A DNA stretch of 9,037 nt from Octopus sinensis (taxonomy: Eukaryota): the NCBI RefSeq assembly GCF_006345805.1, contig NW_021828200.1:1-9037 (forward strand), given 5' to 3'. Position numbers and translations under genes: made by a program. Shown here one piece after another: positions 1-5,967 of this stretch (the first letter of the stretch is position 1; every line of letters begins with the position of its first letter). The notes under the pieces are model-generated. The model did not search any database. It was not told where the DNA came from and worked only from the letters and a program-made list of their open reading frames with translations.

Positions 1-110
1 ACAAATACAATATTACATTGACATCAAAGACCGATTGCGCACAATGAGATGAGATTCGGGATGATCCATCATATATCTATATTTATGCGTGTGAGCGCGC
101 GCGCGTATGT

Positions 111-291
111 TTGACAACAAGTGTTGATTTGTTTACGTCAACGTAAGTAGCGGTTCAGCAAAAGGCACCGATAGATTAAGTTCCTGTCTAAAAAGATAAG
201 CACTTATTTCGATTTGTTCCACCAAAACCTTTCAAAGCGGTGTCCCTGCATAGCCGCAGTCTCGCGACTGAAACAATTGACAGATAAAGAT
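111..291 (+). mobile_element. SINE family A, 3' half only (head missing)
   Basis: Aligns by eye to 3186-3413 in this window (TTGACAA..TTTGTTTAC..TAGCG.TTC..CAAAAG..CGAT.GA.TAAGT ... GCGGTG.CC..GCAT.GCCGC..GACTGAAACAA). Preceded by a TG/CG microsatellite-like stretch, as in the full copy. Confidence 0.8.
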
Positions 292-345
292 ACGTGTGTG
301 CATGTACACATGCATATACGTATGAATGTATATTGTACGTATGTA

Positions 346-1024
346 CAAGGGGAAGTCAAACGTTACCCACACTTTCACCTTAATATATCTTTATTATTGT
401 CACATTACCTTCAGAGCATGCCTGCTTATAGTTGGTACTATTGTGGTTACGTGATCGAAATTTGAGCCTGATCGCTCCCTTTTTCTTTCTGGCTTTACAG
501 TGTAAGCATGGCCACTCCACTAGTAATGTGCACCTAAGAAGAACAAAGAGCAGTATCCGATTTTTCTGGTCGGAAGGTGTCAGGTGTTGAAATCCTGTAT
601 TTTAGCACAATACAGGGAGAGTGCACTACCGCGTAGATGCCTGTATGAGGGGATAGAGAAGTTTAAAAGGGGCCGGACAAACGTGACGCACGAAGAGAGA
701 ACACGAAGATTCAGCAATAGTGAACCGGCGACTTTTATTATCGATGACGTAGCTCGTTCTCTACAGATTAGTCATGTTTCTGCCTATTAAATCATCCACG
801 GTCAGCTCGGCTTCTATAAAGTTTGTGCAAGACAGCTTACTGCAGATTACAAGCGCAAACATCTAGAGGCCTTCCAACGTTTACTCGATCGCTACAACAA
901 TAAGGATGAGGAATTTTTTAGCAGAATAGCCACAGATGAAATGTGAGACCATCATTATGAGGCAGAATCCAAAAGACAGAGTATGAAGTGTAAACATCCA
1001 GGTTTGCTAGCGACAAAGAAATTA
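346..1024 (+). mobile_element. mariner (Tc1/mariner) element, 5' part, 3'-truncated
   Basis: Begins TA|CAAGGGGAAGTCAAA (TA target at 344-345, mariner-like left end), followed by a decayed transposase. No matching right TIR found; ends abruptly at ~1024 against an inverted LINE fragment. Confidence 0.85.
508..1024 (+). pseudogene. mariner transposase pseudogene (HTH region to just past the first catalytic Asp)
   Basis: ATG 508 MATPLVMCT*EEQRAV; after frameshifts LAQYRESALPRRCLYEGIEKFKRGRTNVTHEE..IDDVARSLQISHVSAY*IIHGQLGFYKVCARQLT..RIATDEM*DHHYEAESKRQSMKCKHP, matching mariner (I/V)TGDETW.HHYEPESKRQSM.W.HP. Stops at 788 and 944; WVP motif deleted in frame. Confidence 0.9.
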
Positions 1025-1200
1025 ATGTCAAAATTGACTTCTTCCAGGTTAGGATTATCATGGCTTTCTTGAATAACGTGTTGCTATAGCTGGTCTTCTA
1101 TTGCATTCCGACTTGTGGATATATTGTAAAAGAGACCCACGAAATTCCTTGCCCAGCTCTTCAGAATATCTTCACTGTTACTGATTAAGGTAAATTCATC
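1021..1200 (-). mobile_element. RTE-like LINE fragment (endonuclease-RT linker); may extend to ~2250 across the SINE insertion
   Basis: Minus-strand translation DEFTLISNSEDILKSWARNFVGLFYNISTSRNAIEDQL*QHVIQESHDNPNLEEVNFDIN resembles the RTE linker DG.TL....E.IL.RWAEHF..LLN.............P.LEEV..AI. Old and diverged; recognised from memory. Confidence 0.55.
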
Positions 1201-1454
1201 TTATTCTTTCCAATTTCTATACTCCATAGCAATAAAGTAAAAGTTTGTTTGATATTTTTGTATTTGTATCTGTGACAATAAGTAGGTGTAGATATAATGG
1301 GCACATTTTGCCCCTGCTTCTTGTCTATTAATTCCCAAGTAACATTTACTTGACAACGCCAAATTGAATAGTATTGCCCAGATGTCAAAGCCATAATGAT
1401 ATCTGTTAGGCAGCTGATGATGAATATATACATTTCTATGCTTGTAGAATGTGA

Positions 1455-1685
1455 GGCGGCGAGCTGGCAGAATCGTTAGCACGACGGGCGAAATGCTTAG
1501 CAGTATTTCGTCTGCCGTTACGTTCTGAGATCAAATTCCGCCGAGGTTCACTTTGCCTTTCATCCCTTCGGAGGTCGATTAAATAAGTACCAGTTCCGCA
1601 CTGGGTCGATATAATCGACTTAATCCGATTGTCTGTCCTTGTTTGTCCCCTCTGTGTTTAGCCCCTTGTGGGCAGTAAAGAAATA
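1455..1685 (+). mobile_element. tRNA-derived SINE family B, copy 1 (full length)
   Basis: A-box-like TGGCAGAATCG, B-box-like GAGATCAAATTCC (mutated). About 93% identical to 1695-1927 (16 differences by hand count). Confidence 0.9.
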
Positions 1686-1694
1686 TATATGGAA

Positions 1695-1927
1695 GGTGGC
1701 GAGCTGGCAGAAACGTTAGCACGCCGGGCGAAATGCTTAGCAGTATTTTCGTCTGCCGTTACGTTCTGAGTTCAAATTCCGCCGAGGTCGACTTTGCCTT
1801 TCATCCCTTCGGGGGTCGATTAAATAAGTACCAGTTACGCACTGGGGTCGATAAAATCGACTTAATCCGTTTGTCTGTCCTTGTTTGTCCCCTCTGTGTG
1901 TATACCCTCGTGGGCAGTAAAGAAATA
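1695..1927 (+). mobile_element. tRNA-derived SINE family B, copy 2 (full length)
   Basis: A-box-like TGGCAGAAACG, B-box GAGTTCAAATTCC, central GCCTTTCATCCCTTCGGGGGTCGAT domain, tail GTAAAGAAATA; tandem to copy 1. Confidence 0.9.
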
Positions 1928-1977
1928 AGAATGTGAGATTTTGTATATTGTGCTCTCGTGCTTCTGAATTACCCTTC

Positions 1978-2170
1978 ATTGGAATTCTGATCCTCGTAGA
2001 GTTAAGGATCTTTAGGATTTCTTGGTTTTCTTGGTTTAAGGTGATTACGCCATGTATATTATACCTTATATTGAAATTCTGATTCTCGTAGAGTTAAAGA
2101 TCTTTAAGATTTCTTGGTTTTCTTGGTTTAAGGTGATTACGCCAAGTATATTATACCATATATTGAAATT
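1978..2170. repeat. 92-bp tandem duplication (2.1 units)
   Basis: Units start at 1978, 2070 and 2162 (ATTG(G/A)AATT); 6 differences in 92 bp between units 1 and 2. Confidence 0.95.
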
Positions 2171-2488
2171 GCGTAATTGTCCTTCATCCAGATTCTTATG
2201 CTAGCTAAAGGAATGGTTAGGGATTCCTAGATTATGGGCATTCTTTTGCATATTATACAGGTGCGTCTGCGTGTCTGCATGTGCAAAAATATAAATATAC
2301 AAATATATTTTTCTTCAGTAACAAACAACCAGTGTTGAATATTATGGCTAATGACGTCAGCAAGCTTGTCAATATGACAAGTTATTGTGATGAGACTCCA
2401 AACTTCAAATTTTGTAGTAGAATTTGGCTTTTTTTTTGTTTTTTTTTTCTCATCAGTTAAGATGTAGGTTAGTGAGATTCACAAGACA

Positions 2489-2598
2489 GGGCTTTTTATA
2501 TTGCATTAACTGCGCAAATATTGGTGGGAATCATGGACCTACAACTTTTGTTCATTGTCCGTAATTCTTAACAAGCGAGTATTGTTTTCTGAGCTTAT
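2489..2598 (+). repeat. left arm of ~110-bp inverted repeat (partner 4341-4451)
   Basis: 97 of 111 aligned columns match the reverse complement of 4341-4451, including a perfect 29-bp core TGCGCAAATATTGGTGGGAATCATGGACC (2511-2539). Confidence 0.95.
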
Positions 2599-2604
2599 GA
2601 TATG

Positions 2605-2696
2605 AATACACACACACACACCACACACACACACACACCTATATATATATATAATGTGCCACACACACAACACACAAACACACCACACACACACAC

Positions 2697-2776
<80 letters not shown>

Positions 2777-2832
2777 TACATATATATTTCAGTATATATG
2801 CGTAAGTGTGTGTGTGTATATGTGTGTGTGCA
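2605..2832. repeat. compound microsatellite (CA)n-(TA)n-(TG)n
   Basis: Directly visible dinucleotide runs. Confidence 0.95.
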
Positions 2833-2877
2833 TGTTTGCAGTGAGTTCGAATCCTACTAGGAATGATAACTTTTGTA

Positions 2878-3413
2878 GGTACAGACATGGCTGTAAGAAG
2901 GATGCTTCCCAACCACATCTTTTGGGGTTCAGTCTTAGTGCGTGGCACCTTGGGAAAATATTTTCGACTTATAGCCCTTGGCCGATAAAAGTCTTGAGAG
3001 AGGATTTGGCAGCGGAAACTGGAAGAAGCCAGTCGTATGTATGTGTGTGTGTGTGTGTGTGTGTCTGTGTGTCTGTCTGTCTGTCTGGTGTTTGTCAGTG
3101 TCTGTGTGTGTGTGTATGTGTGTGTGTCTTTCAGTCTGTATGTTTGTCTGTCTATCTGTGTTTGCTTTTGTTCCCCAGCACCGCTTGACAAGCGGTATTG
3201 GTTTGTTTACATCTCCGTGAATTAGCGTTTCGACAAAAGATTTCGATTGAATAAGTAGCATGATTAAAAACTAAGGACTGGAGTCTATACACTCGACTAT
3301 CCTCTTCAAGGCGGTGCACCAGCATGGCCGCTGTCCAACACTGGAAGAAGATAATAAAGTGGTGCCCCAGCATGACCACTATCAATTGACTGAAACAAGT
3401 AAAAGATAAAAGA
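2878..3413 (+). mobile_element. tRNA-derived SINE family A, full length, with internal (TG)/(TCTG) microsatellite and duplicated 3' tail
   Basis: Head GGTACAGACATGGCTGT..GGGGTTCAGTC (B-box-like), CORE-like GTGGCACCTTGGGAAAAT, internal microsatellite ~3035-3160, tail GGTGC.CCAGCATG.CC...GACTGAAACAAGTAAAAGA. Homologous pieces at 111-291, 3539-3824, 7308-7475 and 7991-8874. Confidence 0.9.
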
Positions 3414-3436
3414 TATATATATATCATGTTTTTTAT

Positions 3437-3438
<2 letters not shown>

Positions 3439-3523
<85 letters not shown>

Positions 3524-3538
3524 TATATACACACACAT
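3439..3538. repeat. (TA)n microsatellite (about 75 bp uninterrupted) ending in (CA)n
   Basis: Directly visible. Confidence 0.97.
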
Positions 3539-3824
3539 AACGGGCTTCCTTCACACTAGCGTAGCTAGAGTGTGTGTGCCGTCCGAACCCGACAGAAACA
3601 CATATTGCCTTCAGCAGATCCAAAAGTGCCGCCCGGCGCAGACTGCCCCCACTCCACCTAGCTACGCTAGTGATCTTTTAGTTATCGTCTACCAAATCCA
3701 CTCGCAAGGTTTTGGTCGGCCCGAGGATGTAGGGGAAGAAATTTGCTGAATGTGCCATGTTATGGGACTGAACCAGTAACCATGTGGTTGGGAAACAAAT
3801 CTCTTACCCCACAGCCACGACTGC
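3539..3824 (-). mobile_element. SINE family A, 5' half, interrupted by a MITE
   Basis: Reverse complement GCAGTCGTGGCTGTGGGGTAAG..TTCCCAACCACATGGTTACTGGTTCAGTCCC..GGCCGACCAAAACCTTGCGAGTGGATTTGGTAGACG..GAAGCCCG aligns to 2878-3035; stops at the internal microsatellite. Confidence 0.88.
3554..3672. mobile_element. 119-bp MITE, probably hAT-type
   Basis: Perfect 15-bp TIRs CACTAGCGTAGCTAG (3554-3568) and CTAGCTACGCTAGTG (3658-3672). Degenerate 8-bp TSD TTCCTTCA/ATCTTTTA corresponding to a single site in uninterrupted SINE A copies. Confidence 0.85.
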
Positions 3825-3863
3825 ATAAAAATATATTCAAATAATTAAAAATAGTTGAGATAT

Positions 3864-4247
3864 GGATGGAAGCACTCCGTCGGTTACGACGATGAGGGTT
3901 CCGGTTGATCCGATCAACGGAACAGCCTGCTCGTGAAATTAACGTGTAAGTGGCTGAGCACTCCACAGACACGTGTACCCTTAACGTAGTTCTCGGGGAT
4001 ATTCAGCGTGACACAGAGAGTGACAAGGCCGGCCCTTTGAAATACAGGTACAACAGAAACAGGAAGTAAGAGTGAGAGAAAGTTGTGGTGAAAAGTACAG
4101 CAGGGTTCACCACCATCCCCTGCCGGAGCCTCGTGGAGCTTTAGGTGTTTTCGCTCAATAAACACTCACAACGCCCGGTCTGGGAATCGAAACCGCGATC
4201 CTATGACCGCGAGTCCGCTGCCCTAACCACTGGGTCATTGCGCCTCC
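3864..4247 (-). mobile_element. tRNA-derived SINE family C, full length (~385 bp)
   Basis: Minus-strand head GGAGGCGCAATGACCCAGTGGTTAGGGCAGCGGACTCGCGG..GGTTTCGATTCCC with A and B boxes; tail TCCATCCA; degenerate 13-bp TSD ATAGTTGAGATAT (3851-3863) / ACAGTTAAGGTAT (4248-4260), 10/13, all mismatches transitions. Confidence 0.9.
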
Positions 4248-4274
4248 ACAGTTAAGGTATACCAATATGTATAA

Positions 4275-4320
4275 ACGTATGTATATGTGTATGCATGTGT
4301 GTGTGCGTGCGCGCGTGTAT
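4275..4320. repeat. imperfect (TA/TG/CG) microsatellite
   Basis: Directly visible. Confidence 0.8.
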
Positions 4321-4340
4321 AAAAGTATTTATATAACACA

Positions 4341-4451
4341 ATATGCTTAGAAAACAATACCCACTTGTTAAGAAATCACGGACAATGAACAGAAGCTGCG
4401 GGTCCATGATTCCCACCAATATTTGCGCACTTAATACAAAATAAAAGGCCC
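4341..4451 (-). repeat. right arm of ~110-bp inverted repeat (partner 2489-2598)
   Basis: Reverse complement of 2489-2598 at ~87% identity. Confidence 0.95.
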
Positions 4452-4499
4452 AGCCCTACATTCTGGTCGTAGTTCAAGACAATGAATGTGACTCTAACA

Positions 4500-4785
4500 C
4501 AGTGGTTCCTAAAGTAGGCGGTACTGCCCCGCTAGGGGCGGTGGAAAGATCCAGAGGGGCGCTGAAGAGAAGTGGAGGCGATAATGGGATGGCGAAAAGG
4601 AGGCGAAGAATGTAAAAACAACAAAATAATGGGTTAATTAGGTTAAGTTTTATTTGTGAAATCCAGTTGTTTGAATTTGCTGCAGAAAGTGGTCTATGTT
4701 TGTGGTGGTGAGTGGGATGGGAGGTTTTAAGAATGCGGCTTGGGTGCTAAGAGGGTAGCAACACGAATATGTTTGGGAACCACTT
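4500..4785. mobile_element. 286-bp hAT (Charlie-like) MITE
   Basis: TIRs CAGTGGTTCCTAAAG / GTTTGGGAACCACTT (12/15); perfect 8-bp TSD CTCTAACA at 4492-4499 and 4786-4793; repeated G(G/A)GGCG subterminal motifs. Confidence 0.93.
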
Positions 4786-4843
4786 CTCTAACAGGACATT
4801 GGCTAGGTATTTTTTATTCTTTCTTCTGACCATTGAGGAGTAA

Positions 4844-4924
4844 TATCTATCTATCTATCTTCCTATCTACTTATCTATCAATCTATCGATCTGAGTTCGT
4901 GTCTATTTATCAATCAGTCTATCT
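4844..4924. repeat. imperfect (TATC)n microsatellite
   Basis: Directly visible. Confidence 0.85.
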
Positions 4925-5137
4925 TTCTTGATATAAGTCATTGCACTGCGGACACTCAAGTGCATACATAGACTTTCGAAGTTTAGTAGAGTATATAGAC
5001 CGCTGTACATATTAATACATACACGCGCGCGCGCCCACACACACACACATCATTTCATGAAGGCTAAGTACACCAAAACATCGAAATTACTGCCAACATT
5101 CTTCTTGTAAAAGAATTATATATATATATATATATAT

Positions 5138-5895
5138 CGTTGAAGGTGAAAGTCGATATATATAAGTCTGTGTTTTGACATCATTGCTTTATGGTGCTGA
5201 ATCTTGGACCCTGTATCGAAAGCACATCAATCAGCTTGACATTTTTCATATGCGATACTTGCGTACTCTCTCCATTATAAAACCGAGTGACCATATTCGT
5301 AACAGTGAGGTGCTAACAAAATGCAACATATCAAGTATTGACGCCATCCTCATCAAAATACAGCTTAGATGGTCAGGTCATATCATTTCTAACGTATGAG
5401 TGATACCAGAATTCCGAAGTTACTTCTCTTTGGCTAATTCCCAATAGGAAGGTCAGTTTGAAGATCACTCTTGCGCTTCAAAGATAAAAAAAAAAGACAA
5501 TATGAAGCGATGCAAATTTCCCTTTTCTTCCTGGGACAACAAAGTATCAGTATGCAAAACCTGGCGCCAGTCCTGCTACTCCTTAGTTCAAAGATTTGAG
5601 CAAAGTTGAATCCAGCATTGGGACCAACTTCGTGCAAGCATGGAAGCACGCTGGCCAAACGCTCATTATGGCTTCGTGGCACGAAGCAAAGCAGGCCTTG
5701 CGTCCACTCAAGAAAACATACCGTAAATGATCCACAAGAACTCGAGTAAACTGAGTCCTCAGCTTGTTCACTTTGCCAAAAGACTTTCAAGGCATCAGCA
5801 GGCCTCAAGAGATACATTCGTCTCCACAGAACATGATTACCCCTTTATATTACTGAACCCTCATTTGTCGTTTACTACGAGAGAATCCATCATAT
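5138..5895 (+). mobile_element. RTE-clade LINE, 5'-truncated 3' end (post-RT region, C-terminal fingers, 3' UTR)
   Basis: Starts right after (TA)n at 5116-5137, carries RTE-like ORF remnants, a short 3' UTR (5837-5895) and ends in an (ATGC)/(ATGT) repeat tail. Confidence 0.9.
5140..5836 (+). pseudogene. RTE LINE ORF C-terminal remnant
   Basis: With frameshifts: KVDIYKSV.LTSLLYGAESWTLYRKHINQLDIFHMRYLRTLSIIKPSDHIRNSEVLTKCNISSIDAILIKIQLRWSGHI..RMSDTRIPKLLLFG*..RFKD..SW..TWRQ, matching RTE hallmarks LLYG.E.W, LRW.GH, R.PK.LL.G, R.KD; ends CSLCQKTFKASAGLKRYIRLHRT* (stop 5834-5836). Confidence 0.9.
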
Positions 5896-5920
5896 GTATG
5901 ATGCATGCATGCATGTGTGC

Positions 5921-5951
<31 letters not shown>

Positions 5952-5964
5952 TGTATGTATGTAT
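5892..5964. repeat. (ATGC)n/(ATGT)n tetranucleotide microsatellite
   Basis: Directly visible; probably the LINE tail expanded. Confidence 0.95.
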
Positions 5965-5967
5965 GGA

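Noticed and set aside
64-74. ATCCATCATAT identical to the LINE 3' end (5885-5895) and also followed by microsatellite-like DNA
   Set aside because: Only 11 bp with no convincing upstream similarity; cannot be separated from chance.
214-465. 83-aa ORF
   Set aside because: Spans a SINE tail, a microsatellite and the mariner 5' UTR; non-ATG start; no recognisable motif.
1455-2170. Repeat-spacer-like appearance suggesting CRISPR or another prokaryotic array
   Set aside because: Units are ~232 and 92 bp with no unique spacers or cas genes; the context is eukaryotic SINE and tandem duplication.
2352-2381. Palindrome cluster: CRE-like TGACGTCA, CAAGCTTG, TTGTCA-ATA-TGACAA
   Set aside because: Short motifs expected by chance in 9 kb; no promoter context.
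2843-2854. Isolated B-box-like GAGTTCGAATCC
   Set aside because: No A box or tRNA structure; at most a tiny SINE remnant.
2539-3749. Many ORFs up to 198 aa (YIYIYI, THTHTH, CVCVCV)
   Set aside because: Translations of (TA)n/(CA)n/(TG)n microsatellites and SINE sequence, which lack stops by construction.
3914-4165. 83-aa ORF
   Set aside because: Lies wholly within SINE C.
4170-4247. tRNA-like sequence with A and B boxes (minus strand)
   Set aside because: The acceptor stem does not pair, and it runs into a ~310-bp body with tail and TSD: a SINE head, not a tRNA gene.
2479-4466. TSD for the long inverted-repeat unit
   Set aside because: 8-bp flanks tested at the plausible ends (TCACAAGA vs CATTCTGG or CCCTACAT) do not match.
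5434-5817. 127-aa minus-strand ORF
   Set aside because: Antisense to the RTE ORF remnant; no independent motif.
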